Of a stretch of 64,000 bases of DNA, positions 8,794-20,024 are shown in pieces. A program made the position numbers and the translations under genes. Origin of the DNA: an uncultured bacterium (GTDB lineage Bacteria > Actinomycetota > Coriobacteriia > Coriobacteriales > Coriobacteriaceae); the NCBI GenBank assembly GCA_905214385.1, contig CAJMMF010000005.1:16345-80344 (forward strand), written 5' to 3'. The notes below the pieces were generated by a model. The model had not been told where the DNA came from. It made no database searches and saw nothing but the letters and a program-made list of their open reading frames with translations. The stretch's first letter is position 1; every line of letters begins with the position of its first letter.

Positions 8794-8935
8794 CTCAGCC
8801 GCCATCCTGCAACCTACCGGGGATTGCCATGACGTACGTTGGCTGATTTGGTTTGGAATGAGATGTTGACGGTGGCTGATGGGCACAACTGTCCCGGGTG
8901 CATTTCAAGATGCACCTAAATGTCTGTCTTTATCC

Positions 8936-9412
8936 TTATAGATTGTCCAGGTAGTCGTCGGCATCATAGGTAAGGCTGTAAGCTTTATTCAGGATGCGCA
9001 CGAGCTCCTGGGCATCGTGCTCGCCGAGCGCCGAGAGTTGTTTCGAGAGCGATGCCACACTCTCGGCATTTTTTTTCGCCGCGAAATCACGGCCTTCCTC
9101 GGTAATGCTCACCAGCACACGCCGACGATCGTTTGGATCAGTCCTGCGCTGAACGTAACCCTTACTCTCGAGTGAATCCAAGATATGCGACATGCGCGCA
9201 CGGGAGAATTTCAGCTTCTTGGCAATCTCGGAGGGAATGACATCACCGTCAATACCCGATAGATACTGTAAAACCGGTGCCTCGCCCACACTGGCGCCGC
9301 CGGCAGCACTCAAGGATCCCTTGGCAAGGGAACGTGAGTACACAATCAGTTTTCGAGCGACGTCATCGTAATCCACTGGGGATATTGTCCTTTGCAACTC
9401 TAGAAGGGCCAT
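8936..9412 (-). CDS. MarR family transcriptional regulator
   Basis: 158 aa. The wHTH region is VIPSEIAKKLKFSRARMSHILDSLESKGYVQRRTDPNDRRRVLVSITEEG, typical of MarR. Confidence 0.85.
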   Translation of the reverse strand: MALLELQRTISPVDYDDVARKLIVYSRSLAKGSLSAAGGASVGEAPVLQYLSGIDGDVIPSEIAKKLKFSRARMSHILDSLESKGYVQRRTDPNDRRRVLVSITEEGRDFAAKKNAESVASLSKQLSALGEHDAQELVRILNKAYSLTYDADDYLDNL

Positions 9413-9480
9413 AAAACCGTCATTTGCCGTACATTAGTTAACATTCGCAACAATTATTTATGATACCCCAACGCGGAAGT

Positions 9481-9807
9481 CTATTGCTCGTCCTTCTTGC
9501 GTCGCATAAGCTCCTCAACGTCGACACCAGCGGCCTCGAGCATGCGCTCGACATTCTTTTTGGCGTTGGTCGTGCCGACCTTAAGCACGATCGAAAGCGG
9601 AGTGCCCACCACCAGGCACACGATGCCCACGGGGACACCCCAGCCGGGGCCGCCCTGCATACCCCACATCCCCACCAAAAAGCCAATAGCCACGAGCGAA
9701 TAGCCCAGGCGCAGCCAAACGTTGAGCCGCTGAATAGCATCGGTCTGCATCTTTGCCTCGCGGATCAAGTCGTCGCGCGAAAGGTCGTGTCCGTGTTTCT
9801 CGTGCAT
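9481..9807 (-). CDS. small two-TM membrane protein, function unknown
   Basis: 108 aa. SD GAGGAGG lies 6 nt before the ATG at 9805-9807. There are two hydrophobic helices (LGYSLVAIGFLVGMW and VPVGIVCLVVGTPLSIVL). The overlapping ORFs in other frames look like shadows. Confidence 0.6.
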   Translation of the reverse strand: MHEKHGHDLSRDDLIREAKMQTDAIQRLNVWLRLGYSLVAIGFLVGMWGMQGGPGWGVPVGIVCLVVGTPLSIVLKVGTTNAKKNVERMLEAAGVDVEELMRRKKDEQ

Positions 9808-9943
9808 ATGGGTCCTCCTCGTGCAAAGCGTGCATCATGTGCAAGTACATCGTTTTTCGAATACGTCATCTTTCAAGAGCAATATAGCGGGTGTCGTGTA
9901 GGCGATGGAGGTCGCTGGCCATATTGCCCTTGAAGGGCGGCGC

Positions 9944-9981
9944 AAAATCAGAAGGCCGTGCGGTTGAGGCCGCACGGCCTT
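9944..9981 (-). terminator. intrinsic terminator after PTS IID
   Basis: The minus strand reads AAGGCCGTGCGG-CCTCAA-CCGCACGGCCTT followed by CTGATTTTG. Confidence 0.6.
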
Positions 9982-10003
9982 ACAGGGGGCCAGGGGATGA
10001 TGA

Positions 10004-10831
10004 CTAGTAGCTCAGTGCCGGGTCGAAGAAGCCAATGAGAACGCCCACAAATGCGATCACAACGAGGATCAGCATCATAACGATGGGGTTGACCTTCTTC
10101 TTGGTCATCATGTACCAGCAGAAGATGATGAAGATCATCGGCAGCAGGTGCGGATAGATGCCATCGAGCGTGTCCTGGAACTTACCGCCGCCGGGCAGCA
10201 CCAGGTTGGGGCTGCAGGTGATGGAGACCCAAGTTGCGCCCACGGCACCGATGACCATGGTACCGACCATCACGATGGAATCACGCAGAGCCTTGGCCTT
10301 GGGGCCGACGAGGGCCTCGACCGCCTTGCCGCCGAGCTCATAGCCCTGGTTGTAGGCAAAGCGCATGCCAAGGAACATGAGCAGGTTCCACACGACAATA
10401 TAGAAGATGGCGCCGAGCGGGGAGCCGCCGGTCGAGAGACCGAGGGCGATACCGAGCAGAATCGGGATCAGGGTACCGACGATCAGCGAGTCGCCAAGGC
10501 CGGCGAGCGGGCCCATGAGGCCGGCGCGGATGCCGTTGATGGCGTCGTCGTCGATGGCCTCGCCGTTTGCGCGAGCCTCCTCGAGGCCGGCGGTGACGCC
10601 GACAATCATGGTGCCGATCTGCGGCTCGGTGTTGAAGAACGCGGAGTAGGTCTGGAGGGCCTGCTTCTGCTCCTCGGGCGTGTCGTAGAGCTCCTCGACA
10701 ATCGGAAGCATGGCGCACAGGTAACCGAAGGTCTGCATGTGCTCCTGCGAGAAGCAGGTCAGGTTGCCATAGGACCAGTTACGGAACGACTTGGCAAGCG
10801 TTTTCTTAGAGAGCTTTTTCTTCTCTGCCAT
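10004..10831 (-). CDS. PTS mannose/fructose/sorbose family EIID
   Basis: 275 aa. It starts KLSKKTLAKSFRNWSYGNLTCFSQEHMQTFGY, a typical IID N-terminus, and is polytopic. Its start overlaps the IIC stop (ATGA-type junction at 10831). Confidence 0.9.
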   Translation of the reverse strand: MAEKKKLSKKTLAKSFRNWSYGNLTCFSQEHMQTFGYLCAMLPIVEELYDTPEEQKQALQTYSAFFNTEPQIGTMIVGVTAGLEEARANGEAIDDDAINGIRAGLMGPLAGLGDSLIVGTLIPILLGIALGLSTGGSPLGAIFYIVVWNLLMFLGMRFAYNQGYELGGKAVEALVGPKAKALRDSIVMVGTMVIGAVGATWVSITCSPNLVLPGGGKFQDTLDGIYPHLLPMIFIIFCWYMMTKKKVNPIVMMLILVVIAFVGVLIGFFDPALSY

Positions 10832-11688
10832 TAGATGTCCTCCTCTTCCTCATCATCTGAACCCGAGGCGATAGCTGCCTTGGGAGCGTTTGCGAGGTCG
10901 ATCTTGAGCGAAGCGATCTCATAGTTGATCAGGGCGAAGAAGCAGCCGATGCCGGCAGCGGCGATCAGGTTGCAGCCCATAACAGCGGACAGGGTGAAGC
11001 CGAAGAAGAACGTCAGGAAGTCCGTGGGCTTAGAGATGACCTGCTTGAGCAGGATGGCGATACCGACGGTAGGCAGCAGCGAGCCGACGGTAAACAGCGT
11101 CTTCATCGCGATGCCGTCCATGGGCATGTAGGTCTTCATGAGGTCGACCATGGCGGTGCCGCCCATGGTGATGATGAACGTCGGGAGGAACGAGCAGACG
11201 ATGTGACCGATCCAAGGCAGAACGTTGTTGACCAGGTAGAGCTTGTGGAGATCGCCCTTCTCGAGCCACTTCCAGCCCATGCCCTGCCACACCAGGTTGA
11301 TGGTGGCGGTGCCATAGAAGAGCACAGTGCCGAGCGTGCCGACGGCGGCACCGAGGGATGCGGCCATGCCGGCAGCCTCAGCGGAGGCGGGATCGATGCC
11401 CGAGTTCTTGATGGCGAGGATCGCCAGCGGGATACCGATATAGGACACGGCGCGGACGTCGGCGGAGACGGTTCCGCCGGGGGTCACGAGAGCGATGTAG
11501 ACAACCTGGATGGCAGCGCCGACGAGGATGCCCGTCTGCATATCGCCCATGATGATGCCGACGATGAGGCCGGCGACCAGAGGACGACCCAGAGTGTAGT
11601 TGCCGATCGTCGTGCCACCCATGCCAGGCAGTGATGCCAGGCAGGCGAACAGGCCGAACAGCGCGGCTTGGAATGCATTGATTGCCAT
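10831..11688 (-). CDS. PTS mannose/fructose/sorbose family EIIC
   Basis: 285-aa polytopic membrane protein located between IIB and IID. It has an acidic C-terminal tail. Confidence 0.85.
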   Translation of the reverse strand: MAINAFQAALFGLFACLASLPGMGGTTIGNYTLGRPLVAGLIVGIIMGDMQTGILVGAAIQVVYIALVTPGGTVSADVRAVSYIGIPLAILAIKNSGIDPASAEAAGMAASLGAAVGTLGTVLFYGTATINLVWQGMGWKWLEKGDLHKLYLVNNVLPWIGHIVCSFLPTFIITMGGTAMVDLMKTYMPMDGIAMKTLFTVGSLLPTVGIAILLKQVISKPTDFLTFFFGFTLSAVMGCNLIAAAGIGCFFALINYEIASLKIDLANAPKAAIASGSDDEEEEDI

Positions 11689-11760
11689 GCTTTCCCCTTT
11701 CTTTATTCCTCAGCCCCTTTCACCAAGGGCTGTAGATACCAAAATGCGGCTGGCGCCTAA

Positions 11761-12249
11761 CTAGAAGCCAAACTGACCGCGGAACTTGGGCCACTCACCG
11801 ATGGACTTCTCCTTGATAAGGGCGAACTCGACCGTGTAGCCGGCGTTGGTGAGATCCTCGAGCGCCTGGGCCTCTTCCTGCGTGATCGACTGGTTGTTGC
11901 CGAGCTTGGTGGTGCCGGGACGATCGTTGCAGGGACCGACGATGATGCGGTCCATGCCGGGCTTAAAGCCAAAATCGACGAGAAGTTCCTTCATGTCGAG
12001 CGGGTTCTTGGTGATCAGGAAGTACTTGGTGTCGGACTTGAGAACCTTCTCGGAGACCTCCTTGAAGTGCTCCTTGGTCCACACGAACGTCTTCTTGCCC
12101 GAGGCACTCTTGTAGGCCTCCTTGAGCACGGGGTTGGACGCTGCAGCGTCGTTGACGGCGATAAGACCGTCGCAGGGATACTCGAGGGCCCAACGGGTAA
12201 CGGTCTGTCCATGGATCATACGGTCGTCAATACGGATGAACGAAATCAT
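11761..12249 (-). CDS. PTS mannose/sorbose family EIIB
   Basis: 162 aa. MISFIRIDDRMIHGQTVTRW contains the IIB-Man phospho-His motif (IHGQ). Confidence 0.9.
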   Translation of the reverse strand: MISFIRIDDRMIHGQTVTRWALEYPCDGLIAVNDAAASNPVLKEAYKSASGKKTFVWTKEHFKEVSEKVLKSDTKYFLITKNPLDMKELLVDFGFKPGMDRIIVGPCNDRPGTTKLGNNQSITQEEAQALEDLTNAGYTVEFALIKEKSIGEWPKFRGQFGF

Positions 12250-12328
12250 GCGTTCTCCCTTTCCTTATCACCGGGGGTCTTTCCTCTTAACCCCCGCTCC
12301 ATCACAAAAATTTGGGCGGATGCGCTGC

Positions 12329-12763
12329 CTAGATGTCGTCGTCCTCGTCATCGGCGTCATCGGTCGGGACAACGAGCTCGGACATACCGTTCTTGCCCTC
12401 CTGCAGCATCATCTGCTTGAGGGAATCCAGGTCCATGGTGGCAAGCCCCATCATGGCGGTCATAGCCATGGGCAGATTCATACCGCCGAAGGCAATGGTG
12501 TGGGCGAGCAGACCCTTCTCGGCCAGCGTGTTCATGGCATTGGTGAGCGGCGATCCGCCCAGGATGTCACCAAGCAGGACAACCTCGTCATCGGCGGTAA
12601 CGGGAGCGAGCATCGCCTTGACGTTCTCGACATACTCGTCAGCGCCCATGCCGTCCACGAGACTCGTCGACAAGATGTTCGGGGCGTCATTGCCGAGCAT
12701 CTTGAGGACACTGTGCAGTCCGGGAGCGAGCGTTCCGTGACTGACCATTACCAGATACCGCAT
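12329..12763 (-). CDS. PTS mannose family EIIA
   Basis: MRYLVMVSHGTLAPGLHS is a typical IIA-Man N-terminus. The ATG at 12761-12763 is preceded by SD GAGAGGAG. The ORF-track start at 12835 is an upstream extension. Confidence 0.85.
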   Translation of the reverse strand: MRYLVMVSHGTLAPGLHSVLKMLGNDAPNILSTSLVDGMGADEYVENVKAMLAPVTADDEVVLLGDILGGSPLTNAMNTLAEKGLLAHTIAFGGMNLPMAMTAMMGLATMDLDSLKQMMLQEGKNGMSELVVPTDDADDEDDDI

Positions 12764-13071
12764 GCGGTCTCCTCTCGACCTGCCGTGTGTCGCACGGCTT
12801 TGCTTTTTGCTGAGATTATTGTTGCGCCGGGGCATGTTCGGTACAAGAAAATAGTCGCGAACGGCAACTATTCATCGGTTAACGGTAGCAACTATTTTTG
12901 TGCCTAAATTATTTTTTCTTCTAATTATTTTTAAATTAGCAGGTAGATTGCCTGATAAATGTTTTATGTTCCTTATGCACCATACATACCAGCAAGAATC
13001 GGGCCTGGCATCTCCGGTTTGCCCCGCAGTGTCAGACCATGTCACGTACGCCCACGACATGGAGGTACCCC
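12764..13071. promoter_or_regulatory. divergent PTS / GntR control region
   Basis: Direct repeats AACGGCAACTATT (12860-12872) and AACGGTAGCAACTATT (12881-12896). Inverted AATAGT/ACTATT at 12850-12855 and 12867-12872. A very AT-rich tract at 12897-12975. A hairpin GCCGTG-CGACA-CACGGC (minus strand) lies just upstream of the IIA SD. Confidence 0.4.
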
Positions 13072-13854
13072 ATGGATATGATCTCGTTTCTCGCCTCCGA
13101 ACCCTTCGACCGCAGCGGTGATACGCCGCTCTATGTCCAACTTAAACATCGAATCGCCCTGCTTATCGCCAGCCAGGCGTTCGACACCAAGACGCCGCTG
13201 CCACGCGAGCTCGAAATCTGTGAGCGGCTGGAGTTATCGCGCGCGACCGTGCGCCGTTGCTTCCAAGATCTCGTCATCGAGGGGCGCGTGGTGCGCAAAC
13301 GTGGGCAGGGCACGTTCATCAAACCCCAAACCTCAGCACCCGGCATCGACCTGGCCCTGAATTTCAGCGCGCGGATGCGCGAAGCGGGACGGGTTCCGAG
13401 CTCGCAGATTCTCGCCTTTTCAAGCATACCGGCCGTCCGCGGCATCGCCTCTGGGCTCAAAGTGCCCGAAGGGACACCCGTCTGGGAGATTCGCCGCCTG
13501 CGTCTCGCCAACGACAAGCCCATGGAGCTCAACTACGTCTATATCCCCGTGTCACTTTGCCCCGAGCTCACACGCAAAGACGTGGATGGCTCGCTCTACG
13601 CCTACATCGCGGAAAAGACCGGCATCCTGCCCGCAAGCGTCGATGCCGTCTACGAGACGGTCAACCTCGACAAGCATGAGGCGCGCCTTTTGGGACAGAA
13701 CACCGGTAAGGCGGCGATGCGCATCGTGCGTTCGACCTACGACAAGACGGGAACCCCGTTCGAGGTAGGCGTGCTCATCAGCTGCGACGGTCAGGCAAAG
13801 CTGCACGTGCACATCGCCGCCGACAAAACAACCTTCACCGCCACAGCCCAATAA
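13072..13854 (+). CDS. GntR family (HutC/UTRA subfamily) transcriptional regulator
   Basis: The HTH is PLPRELEICERLELSRATVRRCFQDLVIEGRVVRKRGQGTFI, followed by a UTRA-like C-terminal half. The ATG at 13072 is preceded by GGAGG (13061-13065). The ORF track starts at 13039. Confidence 0.85.
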   Translation: MDMISFLASEPFDRSGDTPLYVQLKHRIALLIASQAFDTKTPLPRELEICERLELSRATVRRCFQDLVIEGRVVRKRGQGTFIKPQTSAPGIDLALNFSARMREAGRVPSSQILAFSSIPAVRGIASGLKVPEGTPVWEIRRLRLANDKPMELNYVYIPVSLCPELTRKDVDGSLYAYIAEKTGILPASVDAVYETVNLDKHEARLLGQNTGKAAMRIVRSTYDKTGTPFEVGVLISCDGQAKLHVHIAADKTTFTATAQ

Positions 13855-13863
13855 ATCCAAAAC

Positions 13864-13899
13864 GTGGGCGCCGTCGTTCAAACGAACGACGGCGCCCAC
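13864..13899 (+). terminator. intrinsic terminator after the GntR gene
   Basis: GTGGGCGCCGTCGTT-CAAACG-AACGACGGCGCCCAC (15-bp stem) is followed by ACTCATTTTC. Confidence 0.7.
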
Positions 13900-13972
13900 A
13901 CTCATTTTCTATTCAGCCCTAGTCATCGCACAAAGCCCCTTCGGCAGCACACGGTGCAACCGAGTCACCGTA

Positions 13973-14057
13973 GGCCGGGGCGGGAGGCGGTCCTTTCTCT
14001 CGGAAAACTTCGCGAAGCCCAGTTTCCGAGAGAAAGTGTCCGGCTGCCGCCCCGGCC
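13973..14057. repeat. family-A intergenic hairpin, copy 2 (inverted relative to copy 1), nested in an outer GC stem
   Basis: The inner hairpin is CTTTCTCTCGGAAA [ACTTCGCGAAGCCCAG] TTTCCGAGAGAAAG (13993-14036). Outer arms are GGCCGGGGCGG (13973-13983) and CCGCCCCGGCC (14047-14057). It ends 13 nt from the carB stop. Confidence 0.85.
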
Positions 14058-14069
14058 GACCAGGTCACA

Positions 14070-17384
<3,315 letters not shown>

Positions 17385-17385
17385 G

Positions 17386-18831
17386 TTAGTTCTCCTCGTT
17401 CTTGGTCGCGGCGGAACCATCGTCGGCGAAATTCCAACCGGCAAGGCGGTCCTTCGCGGTGTCGATGGCCAGGTAGTTCTCCTCGCCGTCCATGAGTCGC
17501 GTAAAGGCGGTAAAGAGATAGTGGGCATCGGTGGGGCCGGGCGAGGCCTCGGGGTGGTACTGGACCGAGAAGCACGGGGCGTCGAGCAGCTGGATGCCCT
17601 CGGCGGTGCCGTCGTTGAGGTTCACGTGCGTCAGGCGAATGCGACCGAAGCGCTCGTTCATCACGACCGGCGCGATGCCGCGGCGCACCCAGGCGCGCAG
17701 GTCGCCATCGGCCGCATGCTCGGTCTCGCCGCCGGAAAGCTCCGGGATCAGTTTGCCCAGACTGGGGAACAGCAGGCCAAAGCCGTGGTTTTGCGCGGTG
17801 ATCTCCACGCGACGGCTCACCAGGTTCATAACCGGCTGGTTACCGCCACGGTGACCGAATTTAAGCTTTTCCATTTGGGCGCCGCACGCCAAGCTGATCA
17901 TCTGGTGACCAAGGCAAATGCCAAAGACCGGCACCTTGCCGATCAGCTGCTGTACCTGCTCATAGGTCTCCACCACGGCATCGGGGTCGCCGGGGCCGTT
18001 GGACAAAAAGACGCCATCGGGATTCATGTCGAGCACCTGCTGGGCGGGCGTATCCCACGGCACGACGGTGAGATCGCAGCCGGCACGGACCAGGCCCTCC
18101 AGAATACCGCGCTTCACACCGCAGTCGTAGGCGACCACTTTGTGACGGGCAGGAGCGGCAGCCGCAAGCGCAAAGTCATGCGTGGCAGGCAGGTCGGCGG
18201 CCACAAACTCGTGAGGCGCGGGGCAACTTACGGTCTTGACCAGGTTCTCGCCTACCAGCGTGGGCGCAGCGGACAAGCGCTCGGCAAGCTCGTCGACGTC
18301 GAAGATCTCGGTCGAGATAATGCCCATCTTGGAACCATTGTCGCGCAGATGGCGCACCAGAGCGCGGGTGTCGATACCCTCGATAGCGACGATGCCGTGA
18401 GCGCGCAGGTACTCCGGCACGCTGACGGCCGAGCGCCAGTTAGAAGGCGTGGCGCACATATCGCGAACGATCATGCCGCGCATAGCCGGAGCGCTCGCAG
18501 GGCGCACGGCGTCGCCGGGGAAGGCCGACTGGACATCGGTCTCGTCGATACCGTAATTGCCGATCTGCGGATAGGTCATGGTTACAATTTGGCCGGCATA
18601 ACTCGGGTCGGTCATGACCTCAAAGTAGCCCTCGAGCGAGGTGTTGAAGCAGACTTCGCCGGTCGCGGTGCCCTCGGCGCCGCATGCACGTCCATAAAAA
18701 ATGGTCCCATCCTCAAGATACAGGATACAGGGACCGCAGGTGCCCTTGCTGGTTTTGGCCAGCATACGCTGGCAAAGCTCGCTGGGCGCGAAGGTGCGGG
18801 CGGCAGCGCCCGCGGTATGGTTGTTCGCCAT
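17386..18831 (-). CDS. carA: carbamoyl-phosphate synthase small (glutaminase) subunit
   Basis: Contains [19 protein letters not shown]... and GICLGHQ (catalytic Cys). The ATG at 18829-18831 is preceded by SD GGAAGGAG. Confidence 0.95.
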   Translation of the reverse strand: MANNHTAGAAARTFAPSELCQRMLAKTSKGTCGPCILYLEDGTIFYGRACGAEGTATGEVCFNTSLEGYFEVMTDPSYAGQIVTMTYPQIGNYGIDETDVQSAFPGDAVRPASAPAMRGMIVRDMCATPSNWRSAVSVPEYLRAHGIVAIEGIDTRALVRHLRDNGSKMGIISTEIFDVDELAERLSAAPTLVGENLVKTVSCPAPHEFVAADLPATHDFALAAAAPARHKVVAYDCGVKRGILEGLVRAGCDLTVVPWDTPAQQVLDMNPDGVFLSNGPGDPDAVVETYEQVQQLIGKVPVFGICLGHQMISLACGAQMEKLKFGHRGGNQPVMNLVSRRVEITAQNHGFGLLFPSLGKLIPELSGGETEHAADGDLRAWVRRGIAPVVMNERFGRIRLTHVNLNDGTAEGIQLLDAPCFSVQYHPEASPGPTDAHYLFTAFTRLMDGEENYLAIDTAKDRLAGWNFADDGSAATKNEEN

Positions 18832-18841
18832 AATTCTCCTT

Positions 18842-18869
18842 CCCGGTCTCACAGGACCGGCTTAAAGGT
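18842..18869 (-). promoter_or_regulatory. candidate PyrR-binding hairpin overlapping the carA SD
   Basis: The minus strand reads CCUUUAAGCCGGUCCUGUGAGACCGGGAAGGAG. That is UUUAA followed by stem CCGGUC/GACCGG with a CUGUGA loop. It resembles the PyrR site (UUUAA..GUCCAGAGAGGC) as I recall it. Confidence 0.45.
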
Positions 18870-18992
18870 GTGTAGTTAGGCCTCGCGGTATTGTAACCGC
18901 AAGCATGCCTCATGGCGTTAATTTCATCGAAATGTTTACGAAATGATAATTATGACTTTCTATGCATAATGATTATTTAATCCCCGTCCCAG

Positions 18993-19033
18993 AAAAATTA
19001 TCCCGCGTGGGCTTGTGGCTCACGCGGGATAAT
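18993..19033 (-). terminator. intrinsic terminator of the 19040-20005 gene
   Basis: The minus strand reads ATTATCCCGCGTG-AGCCACAAGCC-CACGCGGGATAAT followed by TTTTT. Confidence 0.75.
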
Positions 19034-19039
19034 GGCCTC

Positions 19040-20005
19040 TTACTTTTGCTTGTCCTGTTCCAGCAGATCGGACGGTGAGCGATCGGGCTTGCCGCCGCGG
19101 AAAATCTCGCGGCCATGCAGACGATGCTCCAGGTCACGTTCGGCCTTTTCCTCGTCAATCTTGGTCTGGCTCACCACCGGGTCCTCGATCAGCGACGAAA
19201 CCGAGTTCACCTGTTTTTGAATGCGCTCGGCAATGGTGTCGTCCATGCTTACGATGCGCATCTTCCAGTCGATACTCGTGGCGTTGGATGAGCTCTTGGT
19301 CCACACAAACGTCAAAATGGCGCTCTGATGACCCCGCGCGGGAAACATGCCAAAGAAGGAATCGTGCTGAATGTTGCTATCCTCGTCGATATAGGCGTGA
19401 ACGTTATACACCACGCGGTCGATCTTATCGTTGAGCAGCGCGTTGGTCGCAAGCGCAGCGGCCTGAATCTGCCCGTTGGACAGCAGCTCGAGCTCGTTGG
19501 CAGACGATGTGTCCAACACCGTCACCTCGACCGTGCCCGTACGCTCATCAGCTTCATCGACGGTAAAGTCGAGCGGGAACTGCGTAAAGCCGTTGCCCCA
19601 CTCAAGGCCGCCCTTCAGCGCCGTCGAAACGGTATCCACCGAAACGCTCTCGGACAGGTTGGCGGTGTTCAGGCGTCGCATCACGCCGTAGCCAATCTGC
19701 ATGCCCACAATCAGCACCAAGATGCCAATGACCACGGCCATGGCAGTCTTCGTAATGGTATGGCTCACCTGCGAGCCCGAAGGGTCGTCCTCGGACAGCG
19801 GGTCGATATGTTTTGCCTGGCTCGCGCGGTCCTCGCTGCGCAGCTGCGCTAGCGCCGCTTTGTCACCGCGCTTGGCCGCAGCCTCCTTCTCACGCATGCG
19901 CTCGGTGCGCTTTTTGGCAAGCGTGGGATCCAAGACACCGGATGCATCGATTTCGGAGAATAACTCCGTCACTTCTTCCGGAGTCAAAGGGTTCTTGTCA
20001 GCCAT
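19040..20005 (-). CDS. single-pass membrane protein, function unknown
   Basis: 321 aa. It has a charged N-terminal region, one TM helix (AMAVVIGILVLIVGMQIGYGVM), an extracytoplasmic domain of about 180 aa and a charged tail. No family was recognised. Confidence 0.6.
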   Translation of the reverse strand: MADKNPLTPEEVTELFSEIDASGVLDPTLAKKRTERMREKEAAAKRGDKAALAQLRSEDRASQAKHIDPLSEDDPSGSQVSHTITKTAMAVVIGILVLIVGMQIGYGVMRRLNTANLSESVSVDTVSTALKGGLEWGNGFTQFPLDFTVDEADERTGTVEVTVLDTSSANELELLSNGQIQAAALATNALLNDKIDRVVYNVHAYIDEDSNIQHDSFFGMFPARGHQSAILTFVWTKSSSNATSIDWKMRIVSMDDTIAERIQKQVNSVSSLIEDPVVSQTKIDEEKAERDLEHRLHGREIFRGGKPDRSPSDLLEQDKQK

Positions 20006-20024
20006 AAACTTCCTGTCATATCAA

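Noticed and set aside
8592-8846. 84-aa plus-strand ORF in the GH31 upstream region
   Set aside because: It has no SD and spans the family-A hairpin and the operator-like repeats. Its composition is not protein-like.
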